Part shown: positions 8,734 to 19,500 of the stretch, piece by piece
How the letters are laid out: every line of letters begins with the position of its first letter
Numbering within the stretch: position 1 is the stretch's first letter
Source of the DNA: Bacteroidia bacterium
GTDB taxonomy: Bacteria > Bacteroidota > Bacteroidia > SXHM01
DNA: 64,000 nucleotides
Direction of reading: 5' to 3'
Assembly (NCBI GenBank): GCA_020054035.1
Contig: JAGVLY010000017.1
Span: 1,961-65,960, forward strand
Notes under the pieces: model-generated
Database searches by the model: none
What the model saw: only the letters and a program-made list of their open reading frames with translations
Told to the model about the DNA's origin: nothing
Program-made: the position numbers and the translations under genes

Positions 8734-10406
8734 CTTACTTTTTTCAGCGTCAGCAAATTCATGGAATTGCTTCCCAGCCCTTCCACATCTTTATTTACAA
8801 AGCGCAGAACACGGTCATAATAAAGCGGAACAACCGGTGCATTATCAATGAGGATGCTGTCCATTTCACGATAGAGTGTATATCGCAAACTGTCATTCAC
8901 TTCCTTCAAAGCAGTTTCATAAAGCTTGTCGTACTTTTCGTTCTTAAACAAAGTGTAGTTTGGTCCTTTAGGGGTGAAGTTTTTTGAATAATAAAGCGCG
9001 AGGTAATTTTCTGCATCGGCATAATCTGCAATCCATGACTTGCGCCAGAAAAGTGATTGTGCATTTGCTACCATTTCACCATGTGTTCCGGGCGGATTTA
9101 CTTCCATCTTAATTTTCACCCCGATCTCTGAAAGCTGGTGTTGTATATATTCACATAGATCCAGATACTGACTCGTGGTATGTAGGGTGATTTCAGGCAA
9201 ACCATTACCATTTGGATAACCCGCTTGTGCAAGCAACTCTCGTGCTTTGGCAGGATTGTAATCATATCCTTTCAACTCTTTGCTGAACGAAGGTAAGCCC
9301 TCGGGAACAAATCCATTCACCGCAGGTGTTCCAATGTTATTGCGGATATAACGCATCATTTTTACTCGGTCAATTCCATAATTAATTGCCTGACGGATTT
9401 CTTTTTTTCTGAGCGGACTGTTGCGCACAATTTCCAGACTATCGTTGACTACAAAACCAAGATATTCCGTATTCAAAAAAGGCTGAGAAATCAGGTTTAC
9501 TTTGTCTTTGAATTCCCCCTTTAACTCACCCGAAGGAGTGATGATAGCATCTTTGTAACTCCCATCATCCAACCCCGAAAGCATATCGGTATTGCCTTTT
9601 ACAAATTCAAGAAACGAGCTTTGCGGATCATTTATAAAAGTGATGGAAACAGCATCTAAATAAGGAAGTTTATTACCACTTTCTGTTTCAAAATAATTTT
9701 CGTTTTTGTGCAAAACTAATTTCACTCCTTCATACCACCATTTTATTTTAAATGGTCCTGTACCAACCGGATTTCTGCCAAAATCTTTTTCATAAAAATC
9801 AACTGCTTCTTTAGGAACTACGGAACAATATTGCATTGTCAGCATTCCTATAAAAGGTGGAAATGATGTTTTCAGATGAATAATAAAAGTTGAATCATCA
9901 GGTGCAGAAAAACCTTTGCCTTCGCTGAAATCAACATTATTAAAAATCCATCTTCCGGGAGAAATAACTTTTTCATCCACAATGCGATTGAAACTGTAAA
10001 CAAAGTCTTGGGCAGAAATTTTTCTGCCCCTACGATCAGGAAAAACCTCACTGTCGTGAAAATACACATCATCGCGCAAATGAAAGGTATAAACCAAACC
10101 ATCTTTCGAAATCTCCCAGTTCTTTGCAATGCAAGGTTGAATTCGTGTTTCATCATCCATCTGCACCAGGCCATTGAACAACTGATTTACTGCCCAGATG
10201 TTTGCCATCGTGCGCGAAAACGCAGGGTCAAGAGAAGTAATTCCTTTGGGTTCGTTGTAACGGAAAATAGTTTTGCCTTCGTGATTATTCTTATTTCCTG
10301 AGCAGGAAATAAGAAATGCAAAAGAGAAAATATAAAGAAGAGAAGTTCTGAATTTCACAGGGGCGAAGATATATGTTTTGAAAAGCACAATTTTCAAAAC
10401 TCCCAA
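8715..10406 (-). CDS. ABC transporter substrate-binding protein, family 5 (peptide/nickel OppA-like), lipoprotein
   Basis: 563 aa with a lipobox (AFLISCSGN). Conserved SBP_bac_5 regions are present: ITSLDPAFS, NQLFNGLVQ, YTFHLRDDVYFHD. Confidence 0.8.
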   Translation of the reverse strand: MGVLKIVLFKTYIFAPVKFRTSLLYIFSFAFLISCSGNKNNHEGKTIFRYNEPKGITSLDPAFSRTMANIWAVNQLFNGLVQMDDETRIQPCIAKNWEISKDGLVYTFHLRDDVYFHDSEVFPDRRGRKISAQDFVYSFNRIVDEKVISPGRWIFNNVDFSEGKGFSAPDDSTFIIHLKTSFPPFIGMLTMQYCSVVPKEAVDFYEKDFGRNPVGTGPFKIKWWYEGVKLVLHKNENYFETESGNKLPYLDAVSITFINDPQSSFLEFVKGNTDMLSGLDDGSYKDAIITPSGELKGEFKDKVNLISQPFLNTEYLGFVVNDSLEIVRNSPLRKKEIRQAINYGIDRVKMMRYIRNNIGTPAVNGFVPEGLPSFSKELKGYDYNPAKARELLAQAGYPNGNGLPEITLHTTSQYLDLCEYIQHQLSEIGVKIKMEVNPPGTHGEMVANAQSLFWRKSWIADYADAENYLALYYSKNFTPKGPNYTLFKNEKYDKLYETALKEVNDSLRYTLYREMDSILIDNAPVVPLYYDRVLRFVNKDVEGLGSNSMNLLTLKKVRKKLAD

Positions 10407-12109
10407 GCAAGTAATCCCCTCACCTCTTCAACCGACAAGGGCTTTACTTCCTTTAATTCAGAAGGGGAGTATTTTGCAATCAACCAATTCAATGCAGGTA
10501 AAATCCAAACTTTACTTTCTTCATTTAACTCATCAATCAGAATGGATATCTGATAAAGCGAAGTCAACTTTTCAAAAAATGGTTTGGCACTTGCCTCCGT
10601 TTCTTCAGGACTTAATGTCATTAGTTTCTCCGCAAAGAAGATGAGTTTATTCAATTCATCTTTCATCCATTTGCCATGTTCTTCATTATTTTCTGCACTG
10701 CGGGTAATCTCTTTGCAGATAGCAGCAAACCCTTTGGATTTGCCCATAGCGCGCAACATATCCAAAACAATAATATTTCCCGAACCTTCCCATATTGGCA
10801 AAACCAACATATCACGGAAAAGCTTTGGCATGACTCCATCTTCAATATAACCCAAACCTCCCATCAACTCCATGCTTTCACGGGTAATGTAAACACCTGT
10901 TTCAGCACTCCATTTTTTTGTCAACGGATTAATGATTCGGAATAATTGTGTTTCGTGTTCATTCCCCGCATCGGCTAAATCAAGCGTTTTTACAGCACGC
11001 CAAACGAGATAAAAATTAGCAACATTTAATGCACCCAATTCCGTCAGCTTAGTTCTTATCAGTGCATGCTCCAGCGCATTTTTTCCAAATGTAATACGAT
11101 GCGATAAAAATTGAAAAGCTTCAATCAATGCCCTGCGCGAAGTGCCTAATGCAGCAACAGAATTATATAAGCGCGAAAGGTTAACCATCTCCACCATCAC
11201 TTTAAATCCTTCAAATTCGTTGCCGACACGTTTACCTTCTGTATTGACAAGAATACATTCCGCACTTGCCATTGAACGCACACCCAGTTTATCTTTCAAG
11301 CGAATAACATCCATGTAATTCTTTTCTCCTGAAGGCAGAGTTTTCTCTACGAGAAAAATGGAAAGGCCTTTTGTTCCTTTTATGTTCTCATCGGTTCTCG
11401 CCAGCGCAAAAATCAAATCGGCATTGGCATTGCTGCAAAACCATTTCTCACCGTTCAGATAATAAGTATCGTCTTCTTTATGAGTTGCAGTAGTAATGCT
11501 TGCCCCCACATCAGAACCTCCTGTTTTTTCGGTCAGGAACATGGCTCCTGTAAATAATTCATCTGCGTTATTGGTGTAAATGTGAGGCAGCAAACGTGCT
11601 TTATCTTCTTCGCTGCAGAAGATATCAATCAATCGTGCAACACCGTCAGTCATGCAAAGCGGACAGAATTGTCCGCACTCACTCATGGCATATAAATAAC
11701 CGGAAGCAAAACCTAATCGCTGTGTTTCATTGCCAAATTGCTCACGCAATTTCGGCTCCCATTTCACACGAAACATTTCACTTTGCACCGCAATTTTCAT
11801 CAAATCCCAATACGCAGGATGGAAACGGATTTCATTAATCGTTTCGCCCAGCATGTTGCGTTTTACCAGAACCGGACCTTGTTTATCAGCCAGCATAGAA
11901 AGTTCATTCATCACTCCTGCTGCTTGTTTACCAAGCCTTTCCAGTTTTTCATTCATGTAGGTAAAACCACTTTCAGAAACATTGTTTTTAAAATAGTTCC
12001 GAAGGATCTTATCGCTCTGATAAAAGTTTTCGCTGGCTTTGAAATCAGCATTTAACACCCTGTTCTTTTCCTGCGGGTAGCGGTTGGTGGTAGAAACGGT
12101 AGTTTTCAT
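10394..12109 (-). CDS. acyl-CoA dehydrogenase family protein (AidB-like, long form)
   Basis: 571 aa. Motifs include GGSDVGASITTA and an AidB-like C-terminal PIWEGSGNIIVLD. Its size is typical of AidB/FadE-like enzymes. Confidence 0.75.
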   Translation of the reverse strand: MKTTVSTTNRYPQEKNRVLNADFKASENFYQSDKILRNYFKNNVSESGFTYMNEKLERLGKQAAGVMNELSMLADKQGPVLVKRNMLGETINEIRFHPAYWDLMKIAVQSEMFRVKWEPKLREQFGNETQRLGFASGYLYAMSECGQFCPLCMTDGVARLIDIFCSEEDKARLLPHIYTNNADELFTGAMFLTEKTGGSDVGASITTATHKEDDTYYLNGEKWFCSNANADLIFALARTDENIKGTKGLSIFLVEKTLPSGEKNYMDVIRLKDKLGVRSMASAECILVNTEGKRVGNEFEGFKVMVEMVNLSRLYNSVAALGTSRRALIEAFQFLSHRITFGKNALEHALIRTKLTELGALNVANFYLVWRAVKTLDLADAGNEHETQLFRIINPLTKKWSAETGVYITRESMELMGGLGYIEDGVMPKLFRDMLVLPIWEGSGNIIVLDMLRAMGKSKGFAAICKEITRSAENNEEHGKWMKDELNKLIFFAEKLMTLSPEETEASAKPFFEKLTSLYQISILIDELNEESKVWILPALNWLIAKYSPSELKEVKPLSVEEVRGLLAWEF

Positions 12110-12155
12110 TTAAAAGATATTTCCACAAATATAAACGTTACATTTAAGATGAAAC

Positions 12156-14471
12156 ATGAGCGTTGTTTCCCTGTATAAATCTAAAATCGCTAACTTTACA
12201 GTCCCTGAAAAAGCGAGCTTTAGACAGAAAATGGAAACCACGATTGATTTAGAAGCCGAAAAGAAAGAAATTCTTAAAGCCTACCGACACTTACTGCGCA
12301 ACACCAAACGCTACCAAGCTAAAGGTGATTTGCAACTTATCCGTAAAGCTTTTGACCTTGCCCTTGAAGCGCATAAAGACATGCGTAGAAAATCGGGTGA
12401 ACCTTATATTTATCATCCGCTTGCCGTTGCCGAAATTGTTACTGCCGAAATTGGTTTGGGCGCAAAATCCATTGTTTGTGCGCTGCTGCACGATGTTGTG
12501 GAAGACACGCACATTACATTGGAAGACATACGCAGTATGTTTGGCGACAAGGTTGCAACCATCATTGACGGGCTGACAAAGATCTCCGGAGTTTTCGACC
12601 ATACTTCCGCTACTACATCCATACAGGCTGAGAATTTCCGTAAGATGTTGCTCACGCTCAGTAGCGATGTGCGCGTAATCCTTATCAAGCTTGCTGACCG
12701 TTTGCATAACATGCGCACATTGGATTCAATGGCTCGTGACAAGCAACTGAAAATTGCATCGGAAACATTGTATTTGTATGCACCGCTTGCGCACCGCTTA
12801 GGTCTGTATGCGATTAAGACTGAGATGGAGGATCTGTCGCTGAAATACACCGAACCAGAAGTGTATGAAAGCATCAGCAATAAGTTGGTAGAAACACAGC
12901 GTCAACGTCAGCGTTTTATCAATAAATTCAGCTTCCCAATTATGAATTCGCTGAATGAAGCAGGGCTTGATTTTGATATAAAAGGGCGCACAAAAAGCAT
13001 TTATTCCATCTATAAAAAGATGAAAAAACAGGAAGTTCCATTTGAGGAAGTCTATGACCTGTTTGCCATCCGAATCATATTAAATTCAACATCCGAAAAC
13101 GAAAAATCTGATTGCTGGCGCACCTACTCAATCGTTTCGGATCACTACGTTCCCAATACTGAACGTATGCGCGACTGGATTTCAACGCCAAAATCAAACG
13201 GATATGAATCGCTACACACCACAGTGATGAGCGGAACAGGACAGTGGGTTGAAGTGCAAATCCGTACCAAACGCATGGACGACATTGCAGAGAAAGGTCT
13301 TGCCGCACATTGGAAATACAAAGAGTCAAGCGGTGAGAATGTGTTGGAAGAATGGATAGCAAAGATCAGGGAAGTGTTGGAGAACCCTGACCCGAATGCG
13401 TTGGATTTTATTGACGATTTTAAACTTAATCTTTTTGCGGAAGAGATTTTTGTATTTACTCCGAAAGGCGAATTGAAAACACTTCCTGTTGGTGCAACAT
13501 CACTTGATTTCGCATTTGAAGTTCACTCCGAAGTGGGCATGAAATGTATCGGTGCAAAAATCAATAACAAACTGATGCCGCTTAGCTATAAGCTGAAAAG
13601 TGGCGACCAGATTGAAGTGCTTACTTCATCCAAACAATACCCAAAAGAAGACTGGCTGAATTTTGTTGTTACTGGCAAAGCAAAATCAAAAATCAAGCAG
13701 GCGCTGAAAGATGAAAAACGCCAGCTTGCGGAAGAAGGAAAAGAAATATTGGAACGCAAATTCCGCAACCTGAAAGTTAAACCGGACAACAACACCATCA
13801 ACCGATTGGTGAAGTATTACAAAATGATGAGTCCGCTTGACTTCTATTACCGCATCGCCAATAAAAATATTGACTTGCATGATTTGAAAGAAGCATTGGA
13901 AGACCCTGATAAGAAAGGCTTCTTCGGTTATCTGAAACGTTTTATTCCGGGTTCAAAAGAAAAAGAAGAAAAGCCTCAACAAATTGAAAACCTTGTCGCT
14001 GACTTAAACGGAAAACCTGCACAACTGTTGATTGGCGATAATTTAGAAAAGCTGGATTATACACTTTCAAAATGCTGCAATCCAATTCCGGGTGATGATG
14101 TATTTGGATTTATCACCATCAACGAAGGAATAAAAATTCACCGTGTAAGTTGTCCGAATGCGATACAGTTGATGGGCAAACATGCTTACCGTGTTATCAA
14201 AGCAAAATGGACCAGCAAAGAATCAATTGCTTTCCTTGCAGGTTTGAAAATTACCGGAATTGATGAAGTGGGAATAGTAAATAACATCACCAAAATAATC
14301 TCCAGCGAATTGCACGTAAACATGCGCTCCATCAGTTTTGAAGAACATGACGGAACATTTGACGGAACCATTATGGTTTATGTTCACGACACACAACACC
14401 TTAACAGCCTTGTGAATAATCTGAAGAAAGTAAATGGTGTGCACACGGTTACCAGAATGGATTCTAATTAA
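12156..14471 (+). CDS. rel: bifunctional (p)ppGpp synthetase/hydrolase Rel/SpoT
   Basis: 771 aa with an HD hydrolase motif (HDVVEDT) and a RelA/SpoT synthetase domain, followed by TGS and C-terminal ACT domains. An alternative start at METTIDLE (about 12231) is possible. Confidence 0.95.
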   Translation: MSVVSLYKSKIANFTVPEKASFRQKMETTIDLEAEKKEILKAYRHLLRNTKRYQAKGDLQLIRKAFDLALEAHKDMRRKSGEPYIYHPLAVAEIVTAEIGLGAKSIVCALLHDVVEDTHITLEDIRSMFGDKVATIIDGLTKISGVFDHTSATTSIQAENFRKMLLTLSSDVRVILIKLADRLHNMRTLDSMARDKQLKIASETLYLYAPLAHRLGLYAIKTEMEDLSLKYTEPEVYESISNKLVETQRQRQRFINKFSFPIMNSLNEAGLDFDIKGRTKSIYSIYKKMKKQEVPFEEVYDLFAIRIILNSTSENEKSDCWRTYSIVSDHYVPNTERMRDWISTPKSNGYESLHTTVMSGTGQWVEVQIRTKRMDDIAEKGLAAHWKYKESSGENVLEEWIAKIREVLENPDPNALDFIDDFKLNLFAEEIFVFTPKGELKTLPVGATSLDFAFEVHSEVGMKCIGAKINNKLMPLSYKLKSGDQIEVLTSSKQYPKEDWLNFVVTGKAKSKIKQALKDEKRQLAEEGKEILERKFRNLKVKPDNNTINRLVKYYKMMSPLDFYYRIANKNIDLHDLKEALEDPDKKGFFGYLKRFIPGSKEKEEKPQQIENLVADLNGKPAQLLIGDNLEKLDYTLSKCCNPIPGDDVFGFITINEGIKIHRVSCPNAIQLMGKHAYRVIKAKWTSKESIAFLAGLKITGIDEVGIVNNITKIISSELHVNMRSISFEEHDGTFDGTIMVYVHDTQHLNSLVNNLKKVNGVHTVTRMDSN

Positions 14472-14510
14472 AAGCCTCACCCTGCCCTCTCCAAAGGAGA
14501 GGGTTAAAGC

Positions 14511-14978
14511 ATGAAAGCACCCAAGCCCCAAGCCGAGAACATTAACAAAAACAGGAAAGCCTCTTTCGAGTATTCTTTTCTGGAAAAATATGTTGCAGGC
14601 ATGCAACTCACCGGTCCAGAAATTAAATCGATTCGCGACAAGCAGACCAATATCTCTGACGCGTATTGCATTTTTATTGATAATGAACTGTGGGTAAAAA
14701 ACCTACACATCTCCAACTATACCGAAGCCTCCTACAACAACCTTGACCCTAAGCGCGACCGCAAATTATTGCTCAACAAAAAAGAGCTGAATAAACTTTC
14801 GGAAAAGCTGAAAGATAAAGGACTTGCCATTGTACCCACCAAACTGTTTATAAGCGAAAGCGGTTATGCCAAACTGGAAATTGCATTGGCTAAAGGAAAA
14901 AAGATCTACGACAAGCGCGAGGACATCAAAGGCAAAGATGCTAAGCGCAATATGGACAGAGCGATGAAGAATCGTTAA
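14511..14978 (+). CDS. smpB: SsrA-binding protein SmpB
   Basis: 155 aa. Conserved SmpB segments are present: IAQNRKASFEY-like NRKASFEY, GMQLTGPEIKS, LLLNKKEL. Confidence 0.9.
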   Translation: MKAPKPQAENINKNRKASFEYSFLEKYVAGMQLTGPEIKSIRDKQTNISDAYCIFIDNELWVKNLHISNYTEASYNNLDPKRDRKLLLNKKELNKLSEKLKDKGLAIVPTKLFISESGYAKLEIALAKGKKIYDKREDIKGKDAKRNMDRAMKNR

Positions 14979-14981
14979 AAA

Positions 14982-15911
14982 CTAAAACAGTCCGAAGAAC
15001 ATTTTCTTTCCGGACTTCCTTTCCTGTTCTCTAATTGATTTTTTATTGGCGTGATAATTAAGCGGAAGAAATTCCTGCAACAGGTTTGCGTATAGTTCGG
15101 TGGTGGTTAATTCTTCTTTATGCTCATCTTCGTGTTTTGAATTTTGAGCAAGTTTATCATCATTGTAATGATAGATATTCCATTCTCCATTATTGTATTC
15201 AAGTGCAGTCAGGTTTTCTACCCAATCACCTGAATTGAGGTAAGTAATATTTCCCTTGTCAGTTTTTATGTTCCGGATTTCAGGTTTGTGGATGTGACCG
15301 CACACAACATAATTGTAATCGTTAGAAATTCCGATTTCGGCAGCAGTAAGTTCAAAGTTGTTGGCGTGTTTTACTGCGCCTTTAACACTGTCTTTTATTT
15401 TCTTGGAGAGTGATATTTTTTCTCTTCCTGTCTTTTCCAGTATGCGGTTTATAAAGCGATTGAAGACAATAAGTAAGTCATAGCCTTGTCCGCCCAGCTT
15501 TGCAATCCACTTGGTGTGTTTCATGGTTACATCAAACACATCACCGTGAAAAATCCATGCTCTTCCTGCTTCAAGGTTGAGCACAATTTTATTGACGATT
15601 TTAAATGAACCTAATTCAAAACCCTCAAACTTGCGCATCATCTCGTCATGGTTTCCGGTAACGTAATACACCTTTACGCCTTTGGCTATCATGCCTGTGA
15701 TTTGTTTTATCACCTGCATGTGCTCTTTAGGGAAATAGCTTTTACTGAATTGCCAGATGTCTATGATATCACCATTGAGAACCAGCGTTTCGGGTTTTAT
15801 GCTTTTAAGGTATTTAACTAATTCGGCTGCATGGCAACCGTAGGTGCCGAGGTGTACATCAGAGATAACAGCTACCTCTACTTTGCGTTTTGGGAGTTTA
15901 GTTTCTGTCAT
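14982..15911 (-). CDS. metallophosphoesterase, LpxH-like (UDP-2,3-diacylglucosamine diphosphatase family) with C-terminal extension
   Basis: 309 aa. Calcineurin-like motifs are present: ISDVHLG, LNGDIIDIW, GNHD, GHIH. Confidence 0.65.
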   Translation of the reverse strand: MTETKLPKRKVEVAVISDVHLGTYGCHAAELVKYLKSIKPETLVLNGDIIDIWQFSKSYFPKEHMQVIKQITGMIAKGVKVYYVTGNHDEMMRKFEGFELGSFKIVNKIVLNLEAGRAWIFHGDVFDVTMKHTKWIAKLGGQGYDLLIVFNRFINRILEKTGREKISLSKKIKDSVKGAVKHANNFELTAAEIGISNDYNYVVCGHIHKPEIRNIKTDKGNITYLNSGDWVENLTALEYNNGEWNIYHYNDDKLAQNSKHEDEHKEELTTTELYANLLQEFLPLNYHANKKSIREQERKSGKKMFFGLF

Positions 15912-16408
15912 TTTTTAACGCTGCAATAAGAACAAATATCTATGGCCGCATAATCAGAACCGGTGAAATAGAACAAACCGATTTTCTCGCCTGAAGAAGA
16001 GAGTTTAAAATTCGTGTGAATATCATCTTCAACCGTATTCATTTTATCGCACCAGATGATAAGACTGCCGTAAGGCTCTATAGTAAGTTCGGGAAGTTCA
16101 AACTTGGCAGGTTTACTTTCAACATCATCTGTTAAAAACCATTTTCCGCTTTCAAGTGTTAGGGTATTTCCTGTGGTGTTGAATAACTCTATCCAGTCTT
16201 CGGCATTGCCGAATTCGTTTTCTTTCTGAGAGCCCGCAGCAGAGAAACTATTGATGATAAGAATCCCGTGTGTGCCTTCGGTGAAAGTTGTTGCGACTTT
16301 AGATGCACTTGGCTTAGCGGGAGAAATGCTTGTTTCCTTTTTGCAACCAATGGCAAGAATAAACAGAAGAAATAGTATTGTATTTTTCATGTTGCAAAAT
16401 TCAGCCAC
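15908..16408 (-). CDS. lamin-tail-domain (LTD) lipoprotein
   Basis: Lipoprotein signal (FLLFILAIGC; likely start MKNTIL at about 16390). The LTD signature is NAEDWIELFNTTGNTLTLESGKWFLTDD. Confidence 0.55.
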   Translation of the reverse strand: MAEFCNMKNTILFLLFILAIGCKKETSISPAKPSASKVATTFTEGTHGILIINSFSAAGSQKENEFGNAEDWIELFNTTGNTLTLESGKWFLTDDVESKPAKFELPELTIEPYGSLIIWCDKMNTVEDDIHTNFKLSSSGEKIGLFYFTGSDYAAIDICSYCSVKK

Positions 16409-16449
16409 GAAGAAGAACTGAATACTAACGCTCTGTTAATTCTCGGTTA

Positions 16450-16490
16450 ATTAAAAAAGCCCTCTTACATTTCTGCAAGAGGGCTTCTGT
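16450..16490 (-). terminator. rho-independent terminator of the large T9SS gene
   Basis: Stem agccctctt / aagagggct (16458-16485) with a 10-nt loop. On the minus strand it is followed by a TTTTTTAATT tract. Confidence 0.6.
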
Positions 16491-16503
16491 GTTTCTCGTC
16501 ATG

Positions 16504-16550
16504 CTGAACTTGTTTCAGCATCTCTTAATGAGAACCTGAAACAAGTTCAG
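16504..16550. repeat. perfect 15-bp inverted repeat hairpin (ctgaacttgtttcag ... ctgaaacaagttcag) just 3' of the large minus-strand gene
   Basis: Exact reverse complements at 16504-16518 and 16536-16550 with a 17-nt loop. It lies 12 nt downstream of the stop at 16562. Confidence 0.6.
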
Positions 16551-16561
16551 GGTGACGGTTT

Positions 16562-19500
16562 CTATCTAACCACCAACTTCACAGTTTTGGCAGATTTATC
16601 AGTAACAATGCGGGCGAAGTATAAACCTGCAGGTTGTTGCTGTGCATCAAACTTCAAATTATGTGTTCCTTCCGTTGCTTTACCGTTGAACAGGTTAGCA
16701 ACCAGTTTACCTTCCATATTGAATACAGTAACATTCATGTTGGTTTTCTCATTCAGGGTAACCGCAATAGTAGTTTCACCGCTGAAAGGATTTGGGTAAG
16801 CCAACACGTTTGCAATAGCAGGAATATGGTCTTCAACACCAACTGTTACGTTGATATTCTGAACCAGCGTATCATTACCGCAAGGGCTGTAAGCAATTAA
16901 TGTAACCACATAAGTACCGCTTGTAGTGTATGTATAAGTAGGGTTCTCATCTGTTGATGTTGCACCGCTTACACCAAAATCCCACAGGTAAGAATCTGCA
17001 TCGGTAGAAGTATTGGTGAAAGAAGCTGTAAACTGATCCGATGAAGAAGTGAAATCAGCAGTAGCGCCTACTAAGAAAATAGTTCCTGTGTAAACAGTGT
17101 TCTGCGGATCCCAGTTAGCCCAGCAAGCTGTCCAGTCTGTTGCACCAAAAGCACCTTTATAAGTAACATCTTCAAAGAAGGCATCCTGCAAATTAGCGTT
17201 GGTAAAATCAGCACCACTCAATAATGGTGAACCTGATTGTGGTAACAACACAGGTGCTGTTAAATCGTTGGTAGGGTAATCAACCAACAGATTATTGTTA
17301 TCGGTAAGCAGGGTATTATTAAAACCTGAAGTATTGAACCAGGTGGTAATATCCCAGCTGCTACCAGAAGCAACAGCAAGTGGTGTAGTACATGCTGAAA
17401 GAATGTTGTTGCGGTATTGCAACAGATTATTGGTTGCATTGCTCTCGGTTGTTGCAGCATCAATTAACAAACCGGTTGGGTAACCTGCTTCTACTGTATT
17501 GTAAATGCTGGTTTGTGTGTTTCTGCGCAAGTGAGCCGCACGTTTGTAGTTGCTGTTGATGGTAGTATTAGCATCTAACAGCGGACCAAAAATGCTGAAG
17601 TTCGAGAAGATAGGGTGAGTAACCGGTGTAGCAGTTGTTCCGCTTGCATCGTTATCACTTTCAAAACCATTTGAACCGCTTTGGTCAGCTACAGCCGCAT
17701 CACGGATAGAAACACCGAATTGCAATTTTCCGCTGAAACCGTTGTCGGTATCAAAATCATCATCCCAACCGCGGTGTGCGATAAGGTGTTTTGCATTTAC
17801 GCTTCCGCCAAACCACTCATAAGAGTCATCGCCTGAATAAGAAATCTGAATGTTTTCAATTACTGTTCCGCTACCTACTCCACCTAATGTTAATCCATTA
17901 ATCTCTTGGTTTGGTTGGAAAGGAATTCCGGGGAACTCAATACGTAAATAGGTTAAAGAACCTGAGTTGTCAGCATCATCAGGGCTGTTACCACCACCGA
18001 ATGTTGCTCCTGTTCCGCCTTCTACAACACCTTCGCCACCGGGCAGGTTGATGGTAGCTTTACCGCAAAGGATAATGCCACCCCAATCTCCATAGCTACG
18101 TTGACCTGCAGCTTGGTTAGATGTGAAAACAATTGGTTGATTTACTGTTCCGTTTGCAATCAGTTTACCGCCACGCTCAACAATAAGTGTTGCTTTGGTT
18201 GATTGCTCGCCACGGATAAGTGTTCCGGGTTGAATAGTAAGTGTAGCACCATCTTTCACGTAAACAAAACCACTTAATAAATACGTGTTGGTATTGTACC
18301 ATGTTGTGTTGGTAGTGATGTTTCCTGTAACAGTAATTGCTTCGCTGCTCAGGTTCATGGTTTGTGTGTTGCTATTTGTTCCGCAAGAATTGGTTGCAGT
18401 TAAAACAACATCGTAAGAACCATCTGCTGCATAGTTATGTGTAGCATTGGTAGTAGTTGCGTGTGCGCTTCCATCACCAAAATCCCAGTCGTAGGTATTT
18501 CCGTTTCCGGTTGAAGTATTGGTGAAGTTTACCAGCAATGCAAAACCTTGTGCTACAAAATGAGCGGCAGGTGCTGCGTTTACGGTTACGGTAGTTTGTG
18601 TTGAAGCTGCAGTGCAACCGTTTCCATCGGTAACGGTAACACTGTAAACACCTGTAGCATTAACGGTGATAGCTTGTGTAGTTGCTGCATTGCTCCATAG
18701 ATATGACGCATTAGAAGCAGCAGTTAAAGTAATCGTGTTAGGTGTGCAGAAAGTAGTAGCTCCGCTTGGAGTAACAGTAGCATCGGGTGTGTTCACCGTT
18801 ACAGTAGTTGCAGCCGAAGTAGCTGTGCAACCTCTTGCGCTCCAAACCTGAACTGAATAATCGCCTGAGGTAGTAACGTTAATAGATTGTGTAGTTGCTC
18901 CGTTGCTCCACAGGAAAGAAGTTCCTGCGCTGGCAGTTAAAATTACTGAACCACCGTTGCAAAATGTTGTTGGTCCGTTTGCATTGATAGCGATTACAGG
19001 AGTGTAATCAACCGCTCCGTTGTAGATTTCGTTTTGCGGATCCCATTCTGTCCAGCAAGATGTCCAGTCTTCAGAACCAAAAGCACCACGGAAAGTAGTA
19101 GGCTCAAAATATGAATCCTGTAATTGAGCATCGGCAAAGCTTGCACCGCTCAAAAGTGGTGAACCAGTTTGTGGTAAAAAATTGGGGTCAGCTAAGTTGT
19201 AACCATCAGCTACCATTAAATCAGTAGTGTTTGCCAATAAAGTATTGTTAAAACCTACAGTATTGAACCATGCACCGATATCCCATGTGCTTGAAGCAAT
19301 GGTATCCATCGGGTTTGGGCAACCTGCGATTATGTTGTTTTGAAATTTAAGTGTGCCGTTGGTTGCGTTGGCTTCGGTTGTAGCGGCATCAATCAATAAG
19401 CCGGTAGGAAAACCGGAAATCATTGAATTGAAAATATTGGTTGCTGTGTTTCTGCGAAGGTGAGCACCTCTTTTATAGTTGCTGTTAATAGTAATGTTTG

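Noticed and set aside
12291-12880. Minus-strand ORFs (138 and 155 aa) inside the rel/spoT gene
   Set aside because: They are antisense to an unambiguous 771-aa RelA/SpoT gene.
14472-14510. Short hairpin (ccctctcc-aaa-ggagaggg) between rel and smpB
   Set aside because: The stem is only 8 bp with no following T-tract, and the genes are co-directional 39 bp apart. It may be a minor RNA structure. Evidence is insufficient to call a terminator.
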